Source of the DNA: an uncultured Verrucomicrobiae bacterium
Lineage (GTDB): Bacteria > Verrucomicrobiota > Verrucomicrobiia > Chthoniobacterales > Terrimicrobiaceae
Length of the DNA stretch: 64,000 nt
Direction: 5' to 3'
Assembly: GCA_963784465.1 (NCBI GenBank)
Contig: CAWASQ010000093.1
Span: forward strand, 4,411-68,410
In this document: positions 9,521-18,609 of the stretch, piece after piece
Position numbering within the stretch: the stretch's first letter is position 1
Layout of the letters: the number at the start of each line of letters is the position of its first letter
Position numbers and translations under genes: made by a program
Notes under the pieces: model-generated
The model's database searches: none
What the model saw: only the letters and a program-made list of their open reading frames with translations
Told to the model about the DNA's origin: nothing

Positions 9521-10327
9521 GGCGCGACCTCAGTGTGATGTTCGGGTACGAACTTTTCGCCGCTCATCCGCGCCCGCAGCCAGCGCCAGGCGTCGTAGAT
9601 ACCGCCTACGCCAGACTTGCCGCGATTCAGCGTGCGCCACTCGGCGGCCTCACGGCGGCAGGAGCGCGCGGCGAGTTCGTCCTGCGTTGTTTCGAGTGCG
9701 TCGGTGAAACGTCGAGTCCACTCCGCGGCGGTCTGCGGCGCTTCATCGCTCGGCACGATTGGCTCGCCGAACGCGACGAGGATTTCCGGGCGCGGCTCGG
9801 TCCAGAAGGCATATTCGATCGCGAGCGGGACGAAAGCGACGCCGGACTCGCGCGCCGCCAGCGCGCCGAGGCCATCCCGGAGCCGAAGTGGGCGCTCGCG
9901 CACGTCCATGAAGCGGCCTTGCGGCGTGAGCCAGAGCGCGTTGCGCCGACGAGGTGAGGATCGCGTGCGACATTCGCAGGAACTGAGCGCGCCACGCGTG
10001 GTACTCTTGTTCGACGCGGAAGAAGCCGAGGTGCTTGAAGAAGCGTAGCGCTCAAGCATCGCCGCGTCGATCGGCGCAAACGACGTGCGGCCCGGGAGGA
10101 ATTCGCGCGACAGGAGCAGGCAGACGAGCGGGTCCCACCACGCGGCATGGTTGAGATAGATCACGAGCGGGCGCGCGGCATCCGTGCGGCGGCAGTCCGC
10201 TTTTCAGAATGCGGAAGGCGTGAAAATGGCGGCGCACGTAGCGACGGCTGTAGGCGGCGAAGACGTTCATCACGCCGGCTGAGACGTGCGGCTGTCCGGC
10301 GCGCGGTTTTTCTCGCGTCGCGAGTTT
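9517..10327 (-). pseudogene. lysophospholipid/PlsC-like acyltransferase, multiple frame disruptions
   Basis: The pieces VRRHFHAFRILKSG (ORF 10052-10273), IYLNHAAWWDPLV, MSHAILTSSAQRAL (ORF 9743-9973) and LWLTPQGRF...AFVPLAIEYAFW lie in different frames. Confidence 0.6.
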
Positions 10328-11874
10328 TCATCCGGCCATCTCCAGTTCGCGCGACTGCGTGGCCGCCGTGTCGCGGTCGAGCGTGTCGGCGGCGATCCAG
10401 CCGGACATCAGCACCATCGGCATGCCGGGGCCGGGATGCGCGGCGCCGCCGGCCAGGTAGAGGCCCGCGCAGATCGGGGCTGCGGTTGCCGGGCTTGAAT
10501 GCGCCCGAGGAATTTGCCGTGGCTGGCGAGGCCGTAGATCGCGCCGTTGAGCACGTGGTAGCGGTCGTGGATGTCTTGCGGCGTGAGTGCGCGCTCGAAG
10601 ACGATTCGCGACTCGATATCGGGCATTGCCCGGTGCGCTTGAGCTTTTCCAAAATGACGCGCCGATACACGGGCAGCATGCGCTTCCAATCGTGATGCGG
10701 CCGCAGATACGGCGCGTGGACGAGCACGTAGAGCGCTTCGCCGCCCGGCGGCGCGGTGCCGGGCTCGGTGAAGGTCGTCGCGGCGAGGTAGCACGTCGGG
10801 TCGGGCGCGGGCTCGCCTTTTTTGTAGATGAAGTCGAACTCCTCGTGCGGGTCGCGGCTGAAGACGAAGTCGTGATGCGCGAGGTGTTCGTAGCGTTTGT
10901 TCAGGCCGAGGTAGAGCACGACGCCGGAGCATGCGGGCTCGTATTTGCGCCGGCGCTCGAAGGCCACGCCGGCGGCGCCGCTCGATGCAGCTCGCGATGC
11001 GTGCGCACGGAGTCGCAGTTCGACACGACGGCGCTCAGCGCGACTCTCCTCGCCGTCGTCGGTGCGCACGCCGCGTGACTTCGCCGCCGCGCGACAGGAT
11101 TTTCTCGATCTTCGCGCCGGTGCGGAACTCGACGCCGAGCTCGCGTCGCCAGTTTCACGAGCGCTGCGCGGCACGGCGCGGGTGCCGCCGATCGGGATAC
11201 CAGACGCCTTCGTGCGGTCTGCATGTGCGCGATGCCGCAGAGCACGGCGGGCGAGCCGTAGGGCGACGAGCCGACGTATTGCGTGAAGTGGTCGATCATC
11301 TGCGCGACGCGCGGGTCGGGCGTGAACGCGCGCACGGTGCCGGCGACCGAGCGGCCCATGCGCATCGCGAGCACGTCGCCGAGCATCTTCGGATCGAACG
11401 ACGCCTTCCACTCGAACATGTCGCGCAGGCCGCCGATCGGCTTGTAGAAGAAGTGGCGCTGCGAGATGCCGTCGAGCGCGTTCGCTGTAGTCGATGAACT
11501 CGCGGTAGCGCGCGCCGGAATCCGTGCTCGGGCGCGAAGGCGTCGAGCGTCTGCGCCATCGCGTCAGGATTCTGCGCGAGGTCGAGCGTCGAGCCGTCGT
11601 CGAAGAAGCAGCGCCACTGCGGGTCGAGCCGCACGAGGTCGAGGTAATCCTCCAGCCGCGCGCCGGCCTCGCTGAAGATGCGGCGCAGCACCGACGGCAT
11701 CGTGACGATCGTCGGCCCCATGTCGAAGCGGAAGCCGTCGCCGCGGAGTTGCGCGGCCTTGCCGCCGAGCCAGTCGTTGCGCTCGAAGAGCATGACCTTG
11801 CGCCCGCGCGCGGCGAGCACGCAGGCTGCGGAAAGGCCGGCGAGTCCGCCGCCGATGATGCCGATGGGTTTCAT
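10328..11874 (-). pseudogene. phytoene-desaturase-family (CrtI/CrtN/CrtP-like) FAD oxidoreductase, heavily frame-disrupted
   Basis: N-terminus MKPIGIIGGGLAGLSAACVLA (ORF 11296-11874). Middle pieces are in ORFs 10901-11419 and 10161-11411. The C-terminus GLYLAGGAAHPGPGMPMVLMSGWIAA...* ends at 10328. The length of 1547 nt is not a multiple of 3, and at least 5 frame switches are needed. Confidence 0.7.
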
Positions 11875-13154
11875 AGCTTTCTGCGTTTGGATTTCTCGAT
11901 GAGCGCGGCGACGAACTCGCGGATTGCAGCGAAGCGATGCCGGCCGTGCGCGGCGCGGATGTAGGTTGTGAAAAGGTGCGCATCGCCATCGGCGGGCGCG
12001 TCGAAATGCGGATGCATGCGACCGCGCCGAACGGCGACAACATGCGGAAAGGTCATCTCCAGCAGGCCTTCGTCGCCGCGAGTGGTGCCGAAGCCGCTGG
12101 CCTTCACGCCGCCAAATGGCATGCGGGGATCGGCGGTCGGGACGATCAGGTCGTTGATGAGGACGAAGCCGGTCTTGATGCGTGCGGCGAGTGCGCGCGC
12201 CTTCGGGATGTCGTCGGAGAAAATGGAAGCGCCGAGCGCGAAGCCTGCGGCGTTCGCCCGATGCACGGCGGTGGCATCGTCGCGGACACGCTCAATGAGG
12301 AGACGCGGAACGTGAGCGGCGGAGAGTCGTGCGAGCAGATCGTCGGCGATGGATTGCACAACGACGAGCCGGCGCGGCGCGATGCACGTCTCTCCTGCGT
12401 TTAGTCGCGTGCCGAATCGGAGCGCGCGCACGACAAGCTCGAGATCGGCGTCGGCGAGGACGAGAACGGCGTCCTGGCCGGAGAGTTCCATCACGGACGG
12501 AGTGTTTGTCCCGGCGAGCGCGGAGAGGACCTCGCGGCCGTTTTCGGACGAGCCGGTGAAGATGACTTTGTCCACACCGTCGGCGATGGCGCGGCGCGCG
12601 GCTTCAACGCTCTCGGGCAGAATAGTGAGCAGCGCGGGATCGAGGCCGGCGCCGAGCGCAAGGTTCGAAAAGGCGAGCGCGACCTCGCGCGTGCCGGGCG
12701 CCGGTTTGAGCAGCACGGCATTGCCCGCGATGAGTGCATGCAGCGAATGAACTGCGGGCAGGAAGAGCGGATAGTTTCCCGGCCCAATGACGAGCACGAC
12801 ACCGAGCGGTTGCCGCTGCACATCGAACGAAACGCCTTGCAGCCAAAACGGACGGCCACGCTTGCCGCAGCGACGCGGCAAGAGCACGCGGCCGGCATTG
12901 CGCTCCAGCCAGCGGCACGCATCGGCGAGCGGTAGGACTTCGGAGACGAGCTTCTCGGCGAGTGGACGACCGCTCACCGCTCCGGCGGCAACGGCAAGCG
13001 CGTCCGCATTTTCCGCGATCAGATGACGGAGTTCGCAGACGACACGCAGGCGTTCACGAATCGGGGTGAGCGCCCAACGCGCCTGGAGCACGCGCCTTTC
13101 CGCACGAGCCTCAAGCGCAGGCGGAATGGATAGCTCGTTCGTCGTGGTCATCAC
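11871..13154 (-). CDS. aldehyde dehydrogenase family protein
   Basis: 427 aa. VMELSG (catalytic Glu region) and NAGETCIAPRR (catalytic Cys region). 4-nt overlaps with both neighbours. Confidence 0.85.
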   Translation of the reverse strand: MMTTTNELSIPPALEARAERRVLQARWALTPIRERLRVVCELRHLIAENADALAVAAGAVSGRPLAEKLVSEVLPLADACRWLERNAGRVLLPRRCGKRGRPFWLQGVSFDVQRQPLGVVLVIGPGNYPLFLPAVHSLHALIAGNAVLLKPAPGTREVALAFSNLALGAGLDPALLTILPESVEAARRAIADGVDKVIFTGSSENGREVLSALAGTNTPSVMELSGQDAVLVLADADLELVVRALRFGTRLNAGETCIAPRRLVVVQSIADDLLARLSAAHVPRLLIERVRDDATAVHRANAAGFALGASIFSDDIPKARALAARIKTGFVLINDLIVPTADPRMPFGGVKASGFGTTRGDEGLLEMTFPHVVAVRRGRMHPHFDAPADGDAHLFTTYIRAAHGRHRFAAIREFVAALIEKSKRRKL

Positions 13155-14689
13155 GCGGGCTCCAGGTCAAGCGGCGCGAGCTGCGAGACGCGCAGTGCGT
13201 CGGTGGTTGGCGCGACGCCGAGGTCGGCGAGCAGAAGGCGGGTGCTGATGCGCGCGGATTCAAAGATCACCGGCAGACCGCTGCCGGGATGCGTGCCGCC
13301 GCCGACGAGGTAAATGCCATCGACATCCTCGAAACGGTTGTGCGGCCGGAGGTGCAGCATCTGGTCGAGGCTGTGCGCGAGATTGAAGGTCGCGCCCTGA
13401 TGGATCTCATATTTCGCGTCCCAGTCGTCGGGCGTCACGATTCGCTCGAAGCGGATGCGCCGCTCGACATCGGTGAAGCCAGCCTTGGCGATTTGCAGCA
13501 GCATTTTCTCTCGGAACGGCCCGCGCTCGCGAGACCAATCGACGTTCGGATGCTGGTGCGTGACCGGCGCGAGCACGTAAAGCGCGCTCATGCCGCGCGG
13601 CGCGAGCGTCGGATCGGTGACGCACGCGTTCTGCACGTAGAACGAGGGATCGTCGGAGAGGACGTGTTGGTTCTCGATCTCGTCGAGGTTGCGCGGGTAA
13701 TCCCCGGCGATGTGGATGTTGTGATGCGGCAGGTCGAACTCGCCCTCGACGCCGAGATACATCATGAAGGTCGAGCAGGAAAATTTCTTGCGGGCGATCT
13801 TGCGGTCCGTCCAGCGGCGGCGCAGGCGGTCGGGCACCAGGCGCTTCATCGCACGCGCGAAATCGGCGTTCATCACGATCGCGCCCGCCTTCTCCACGCC
13901 CGCTGCGGTGCGCACGCCGACGGCGCGCCGGCCCTCGAAGAGCACCTCCTCGACAGGCGAATCGGTGCGGATTTCCACACCGAGCCGTTCCGCGATGCGC
14001 GCCATCGCAACGCTCAGCGCAGCGCAACCGCCGATCGGATGGAAGACGCCGTATTCGTATTCGAGGAACGAAAGAATCGAGAACAAGCTCGGACAGCGGA
14101 ACGGCGACATGCCGAGGTATTTCGATTGGAAGGAGAACGCGAGGCGGATGCGCGGGTCGCGGAAGAAGCGGCCGAGATAAGTGTCCACCGACTGATGCGG
14201 GCGAAGCATCGGGAGCATCTTCAGCAGGCGCGCGTTGATGAGGTCTTGCCAGCCGAGGAACGGCATTCCGAGGCACGGCTCCATGCGCTGGAGCTTGGTG
14301 CGATTCTCGTCGAGAAAACGGTGGAAACCTGGCGCGTCGCCCGGCGCAATCGAGGCGATCTGCTGCTCCATGCGCGCGATATCCGGCGTCGCGTGAATCT
14401 CGCCGCCCTCGCCAAAGATGATGCGATATTGCGGATCGAGCCGCACGATTTCCACCTCGGCGCGGAGCGACGTGCCCGCGGTGGCGAAGATTTCTTCGAG
14501 CACCCGCGGGTAGAGGAAAAACGTGGGCCCGAGGTCGAACTTGAACCCTTCCGCCTCGATCGAAGACGTGCGCCCGCCGACGGTCGGCAGACGCTCGAGG
14601 ACTTTCACTTTCACTCCCGCCGCGGCGAGGAGAATGGCCGAGGCGAGGCCGCCGGGACCGGCGCCGATGATGATAACGTCTTTGCTCAC
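13151..14689 (-). CDS. phytoene-desaturase-family FAD oxidoreductase (CrtI/CrtN-like), intact
   Basis: 512 aa, GTG start. IIIGAGPGGLASAILLA dinucleotide-binding motif. C-terminal YLVGGGTHPGSGLPVIFES. Confidence 0.9.
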   Translation of the reverse strand: MSKDVIIIGAGPGGLASAILLAAAGVKVKVLERLPTVGGRTSSIEAEGFKFDLGPTFFLYPRVLEEIFATAGTSLRAEVEIVRLDPQYRIIFGEGGEIHATPDIARMEQQIASIAPGDAPGFHRFLDENRTKLQRMEPCLGMPFLGWQDLINARLLKMLPMLRPHQSVDTYLGRFFRDPRIRLAFSFQSKYLGMSPFRCPSLFSILSFLEYEYGVFHPIGGCAALSVAMARIAERLGVEIRTDSPVEEVLFEGRRAVGVRTAAGVEKAGAIVMNADFARAMKRLVPDRLRRRWTDRKIARKKFSCSTFMMYLGVEGEFDLPHHNIHIAGDYPRNLDEIENQHVLSDDPSFYVQNACVTDPTLAPRGMSALYVLAPVTHQHPNVDWSRERGPFREKMLLQIAKAGFTDVERRIRFERIVTPDDWDAKYEIHQGATFNLAHSLDQMLHLRPHNRFEDVDGIYLVGGGTHPGSGLPVIFESARISTRLLLADLGVAPTTDALRVSQLAPLDLEPA

Positions 14690-14922
14690 TAGATTGGGTC
14701 GCGGGTGAGGTTGCGAGTCAGAATTTCGTCTTCACGCCGCACGCGGAGGGCGCACCAACCGCGCGCGGCTTCGAAAGCCACGAACGCGGACGACAGCGCG
14801 AGGTTGATGCCAGCGACTCGCGATTGCGGCCAGATGAGGATTGCGACGACGCACATTGCGAGGCCGGCGATGCCGCGGATGACCCGGGCGTTTGTGTCGA
14901 GGTTTTTGGGGAAGAGAGGCAT
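14689..14922 (-). CDS. DUF2892-like small membrane protein
   Basis: Internal Met. NLDTNARVIRGIAGLAMCVVAILIW...AFEAARGWCAL pattern. First gene of the minus-strand chain, read divergently from the MerR/B12 regulator. Confidence 0.55.
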   Translation of the reverse strand: MPLFPKNLDTNARVIRGIAGLAMCVVAILIWPQSRVAGINLALSSAFVAFEAARGWCALRVRREDEILTRNLTRDPI

Positions 14923-14960
14923 TGCGTTTCTGGAACTGCAGCGGCGCTTTCGCCCGTTAA

Positions 14961-15055
14961 TGTCTAATATATGTCTAATTATTGGTCGGCAAAGCTTCGA
15001 CATAAACTGGTGCAATGTCAAAGTTTTTCTTGCTTGTGTCGAATATAGGTCTAGG
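14961..15055. promoter_or_regulatory. candidate CarH/LitR operator: phased TGTC-type direct repeats in the divergent intergenic region
   Basis: TGTCTAATATATGTCTAAT at 14961-14979, half-sites 11 bp apart. TGTCAAA at 15016. TGTCGAATATAGGTCTAGG at 15037-15055, half-sites 11 bp apart. They overlap plausible -35/-10 elements for both divergent units. Confidence 0.45.
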
Positions 15056-15067
15056 TATTGGGCAGCA

Positions 15068-16012
15068 GTGGCCTCTTCGTTCTCCATCCAAGCAGCTGCG
15101 GAGCGCAGTGGGCTGACACCGCACGTGATCCGGGCTTGGGAGCGTCGATACCGCGCGATCGACCCGGAGCGTTCACCTGGGAAGCACCGACTTTATTCCG
15201 AGTCGGAAATCGAGCGGCTCGCGATGCTGAATCGGGCCGTGCGCAGCGGTCACAGAATCGGGAAAATCGCGACGCTGCCGACGGAGCAACTGCGGGACTT
15301 GGTGGCCGATCGACGACCCGCTGCGCGGGTTTTGAAGAGCCAGGCCCATGACGACCCGGCCGCACCATTCCGCGACGAGGCGCTCGCCGCCACGATGCGC
15401 TTCGATGGCCCCACGCTCGAAGACACGCTCCGGCGCGCGCTGCTCAACCTCGGGAATCAGGGCTTGCTGCGGCTGGCCGTCGCGCCGCTCGCGCAGGAGA
15501 TCGGCGAACGTTGGCGGGCGGGCGAACTCACCGCTGCGCACGAGCATTTTTTCACCGCGAGCGTGAGGGTCTTCCTCGGCGAACTGACACGTCAATTTGC
15601 CACGCCCCTCAACGCGCCCCGCATCATCGTCGCGACGCCCATCGGCCAGCTCCACGAGCTCGGCGCGGTCATGGCTGCTGCGACCTCCGCGAATCTCGGG
15701 TGGTGCCCGATCTACTTGGGTCCGAGCCTGCCCGCGCACGAGATTGCCGGGGCGGCATTGCGCAACGAAGCCGCCGCCGTCGCGCTCAGCATCGTCTATC
15801 CCGAAGACGACCCGCAGCTCGCACGCGAACTCACGGAACTCGCGGGCCTGCTCCCCGCGAGCACGCGACTTTTCGCGGGCGGTCGCGCGGCCCGCGGCTA
15901 CTTCGAGACGCTCGTTCGCATCGGCGCGCTCTATGCCGAGAGCATCGAAGAATTTGGCGATCAGCTCGACGGATTGCGTCGCGCGCAACCGCGCAAGAGC
16001 CCAAGCAACTGA
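15068..16012 (+). CDS. carH: MerR-family regulator with cobalamin-binding domain (CarH/LitR-type light sensor)
   Basis: GTG start just before the HTH (FSIQAAAERSGLTPHVIRAWERRYRAIDPERSPGKHRLYSESEI). W-x9-EH motif (WRAGELTAAHEH) and B12 motif QLHELG. The symbol is a family-level label only. Confidence 0.8.
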   Translation: MASSFSIQAAAERSGLTPHVIRAWERRYRAIDPERSPGKHRLYSESEIERLAMLNRAVRSGHRIGKIATLPTEQLRDLVADRRPAARVLKSQAHDDPAAPFRDEALAATMRFDGPTLEDTLRRALLNLGNQGLLRLAVAPLAQEIGERWRAGELTAAHEHFFTASVRVFLGELTRQFATPLNAPRIIVATPIGQLHELGAVMAAATSANLGWCPIYLGPSLPAHEIAGAALRNEAAAVALSIVYPEDDPQLARELTELAGLLPASTRLFAGGRAARGYFETLVRIGALYAESIEEFGDQLDGLRRAQPRKSPSN

Positions 16013-16488
16013 TGCGCACGCACGAATTCCGCTGCGAACTCTGGCTTCCGCGCCCGCTCGGCGAGGTCTTTTCGTTTTTCGCGGACGCCGGGAACCTGGA
16101 GCTGCTCACTCCACCGCAGCTCAACTTTCATATTCTCACCCCGTGCCCGCTCGAAATGCGCGTGGGTTTGTTAATCGACTACCGCCTGCGCGTGCGCGGC
16201 ATCCCGCTGCGCTGGCAGAGCGAGATCACCGCGTGGGAGCCGCCGCATCGCTTTGTCGATGAAGAGCGTCGCGGCCCCTACCGCCTTTGGCAGCACGAAC
16301 ACCTTTTTGAAGAACGCGATGGCGGAACGGTCGCGATCGACCGGGTGCGTTACGCCGTGCCCGGCGGCGCGTTGATCAACTGGTTGCTCGTGCGGCACGA
16401 TGTGGCGCGAATATTCGCATATCGCACGGAGAAGCTGCGCGCGCTTTACCCACAGCCGGGCCGCCGGCGCGTGTTGCGCTCGAGTTAG
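16012..16488 (+). CDS. SRPBCC (START/polyketide-cyclase-like) family protein
   Basis: 158 aa. The ATG overlaps the TGA of the regulator. FFADAGNLELLTPP...WQHEHLFEE pattern. Confidence 0.7.
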   Translation: MRTHEFRCELWLPRPLGEVFSFFADAGNLELLTPPQLNFHILTPCPLEMRVGLLIDYRLRVRGIPLRWQSEITAWEPPHRFVDEERRGPYRLWQHEHLFEERDGGTVAIDRVRYAVPGGALINWLLVRHDVARIFAYRTEKLRALYPQPGRRRVLRSS

Positions 16489-16507
16489 CGCGGCGCGCGC
16501 GTCCGCG

Positions 16508-17560
16508 GTGGTGTGCGATCGCGGTTACTTGCGGCATCAGCGCGCGTGGCGGCGCGAAGTCGCGGCGGAGGCGAAGTGCCGCGTCGTGCAGGTGGAGTCG
16601 GACGTTATCGTGCCGGTGGAAGCCGCTTCGCAGAAGGCGGAGTTTGCCGCGCGCGCGCTGCGCCCGCGCATTCAGCGGCAGCTCGCGGAGTATCTGCAGG
16701 AGCTAATTCCCGCGAAGGTGCGGCATCGTGCGGATCGGCTGAAGTTGCCGCCCTCGCTCGAGCTGCGCGACCCCGAGGCACTCGCGCGCACCTTGAAGCT
16801 GGAACAGTCGATCTCGCCGGTGACGCGCTTTTTCCGCGGTGGCACCGGCGCGGCGGAGAAACTCTTCCATAGCTTCCTCGCCGAGCGGCTCGCCACCTAC
16901 ACCGGACACCGCAATCAGCCGCAGACCGAGGACGTCTCGCACATGAGCAAGTATCTGCACTTCGGCCAAATCTCCCCGACATGGCTGGCGCTCGAAGCAC
17001 GCAAGCACAGCGCGGAGGCCGGCGACAACGTTGCGACCTTCATCGAAGAGCTGCTCGTTCGCCGCGAACTCTCCATGAATTTCGTCCACTTCCGCGACGA
17101 CTACGATTGCTACGAGAGCTTGCCCGCGTGGGCGCGCCAGACGCTGACCGAACATCGCGCCGATCCGCGGCCATACCTCTACACGCGCGCCCAACTCGAA
17201 GCCGCCGAAACGCACGATCCGTATTGGAACGCCGCGATGCGCGAGATGCGGCACACCGGCTACATGCACAACTACATGCGCATGTATTGGGGCAAAAAGA
17301 TCCTCGAATGGAGCGCGACGCCCGAAGAGGCGTTCGCCGCTGCGCTCGCGATCAACAACCGGTATTTCCTCGACGGCCGCGACGCGAATTCCTTCGCGAA
17401 CATTGCATGGGTCTTCGGCCAGCACGACCGCCCCTGGGGCGAGCGCCCGATCTTCGGCAAAGTGCGCTACATGAACGCGCGCGGCCTCGAACGGAAGTGT
17501 GACATCAAAGCATACGTCTCGAAAGTCGAGCGGCTCACGGGTGATTTTTACGGAGGGTAA
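16508..17560 (+). pseudogene. phr: class II CPD photolyase lacking roughly the first 100 residues
   Basis: C-terminal motifs GYMHNYMRMYWGKKILEW, NNRYFLDGRDANSFANIAW, IFGKVRYMN. Homology begins at VVCDRGYLRHQRAWR, directly after the upstream stop. There is no room for the N-terminal alpha/beta domain. Confidence 0.65.
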
Positions 17561-17903
17561 CTATCAATGCAATAAATTGTGATGATACATCCGGGCCACC
17601 GCTTCTATTGTAACGCGAACTTGCGAGGAAAGCTGATGGACCGTCCCTTCAACAGAATGGATCTGCCAGGATAACTCAACAAGCCTTCGATTTACGAGGG
17701 AGAAGCTCGCTGGACCAGGCTGCGTCGGCCGCGTGGACGATGGCGAAGCCATGCGCACGAGCGCCTCGCGCTGATCTTTGGACCCAATTCTGCGTGACAA
17801 TCTGAGACAAAACTAGACCAAGCGAACCCCACTCGATGATGCGCAAATCAAGTTTACTCTGAGCCACAGCATCAATTTAGCGCGGTTTGCAGAGGTCTGA
17901 GAC

Positions 17904-17926
17904 GGTTCGACTCCCCTCGCCCCCAC
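17904..17926 (+). repeat. degenerate direct copy of the ssrA 3' end (att-like)
   Basis: GGTTCGACTCCCCTCGCCCCCAC matches 920-942 at 21/23 positions. The preceding bases cannot form a T-stem, so it is not a tRNA or tmRNA gene. Confidence 0.6.
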
Positions 17927-17949
17927 TTATTGCCATTCGACGGACTATG

Positions 17950-18171
17950 GGACCCACTTCGGTCAGATAAGACCATAGGTGAGACCATTTCCAAGGAAGT
18001 CCGGCATTTTCCGGTGCTTACATTCCGCGAATGTCCCAACCGACTTGTCGACCAGGGGCCGGGTGCATCGTTGTCATGCGACCAGACCTCCATCATTGGC
18101 TCAGTATCGCCGTTCAGAAAACGGTTCAATGCTGCGTAGAATTGTTCGGATGCCTGGCGCTCATTGTCGTC
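17950..18171 (-). pseudogene. SnoaL-like/NTF2-fold protein fragment
   Basis: ASEQFYAALNRFLNGDTEPMMEVWSHDNDA lies inside ORF 17872-18375. The continuation appears frameshifted. It abuts the IS1595 fragment. Confidence 0.35.
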
Positions 18172-18609
18172 GCCGCCGAGCAGGATGGCAAAGGCATCGG
18201 GCGCCTTCGCATGGCACGAATCCCCGATTTCGATCGCGCAACGCTTCATGGCTTTATCCGATCGTCGGTCGAACCCGGAAGCACAGTTTGCACCGATGGG
18301 CTCAATTCCTACCGCGAGATGAAAGGCTATATCCACCACCGGCACGTCCAGCACCGCCTCAAGGATGGGGAACACTTACTGCCCAGAGTCCACCGAGCGG
18401 TCTCTCTGCTCAAGCGATGGATGCTCGGAACCCATCAGGGAGCTATCGGTTACCAACACCTCGACGACTACCTCAACGAATTCGTCTTCCGTTTCAACCG
18501 GCGAAAGTCGGCTTCGCGAGGCAAGCTCTTCTTCCGGTTGGCACAGCACGCGCTCCAGATCGCCCCGACGACCTACGAAAGGCTGGTGCGGCCACAAGAT
18601 GTTGAGTAG
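18157..18609 (+). pseudogene. IS1595-family (ISXO2-like) transposase, C-terminal fragment
   Basis: GSTVCTDGLNSYREM...HLLPRVHRAVSLLKRWMLGTHQGAIGYQHLDDYLNEFVFRFNRR is characteristic. The N-terminal part is absent. Confidence 0.7.

Noticed and set aside
9535-17502. Many long overlapping ORFs (for example 13289-14692 plus strand at 467 aa, 13407-14276 minus, 15173-15988 minus, 16703-17425 minus)
   Set aside because: All are antisense or out of frame relative to genes with clear family motifs. They are rich in Arg/Ala/Gly/Pro, as expected for GC3-saturated DNA. They are not reported as genes.
7100-17560. Suspected sharp G+C jump marking a separately acquired block
   Set aside because: Hand counts of single 60-nt lines gave 36/60 and 46/60 inside the block, against 32/60, 36/60, 38/60 and 43/60 outside it. 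By eye this is not cleanly separable. A sliding-window GC/GC3 computation is needed before any claim.
17890-17930. Possible small tRNA or second tmRNA at the distal repeat
   Set aside because: The five bases before the TTCGACT loop (GACGG) do not pair with CCCCT, and no upstream arms exist. It is only a 3'-end copy.
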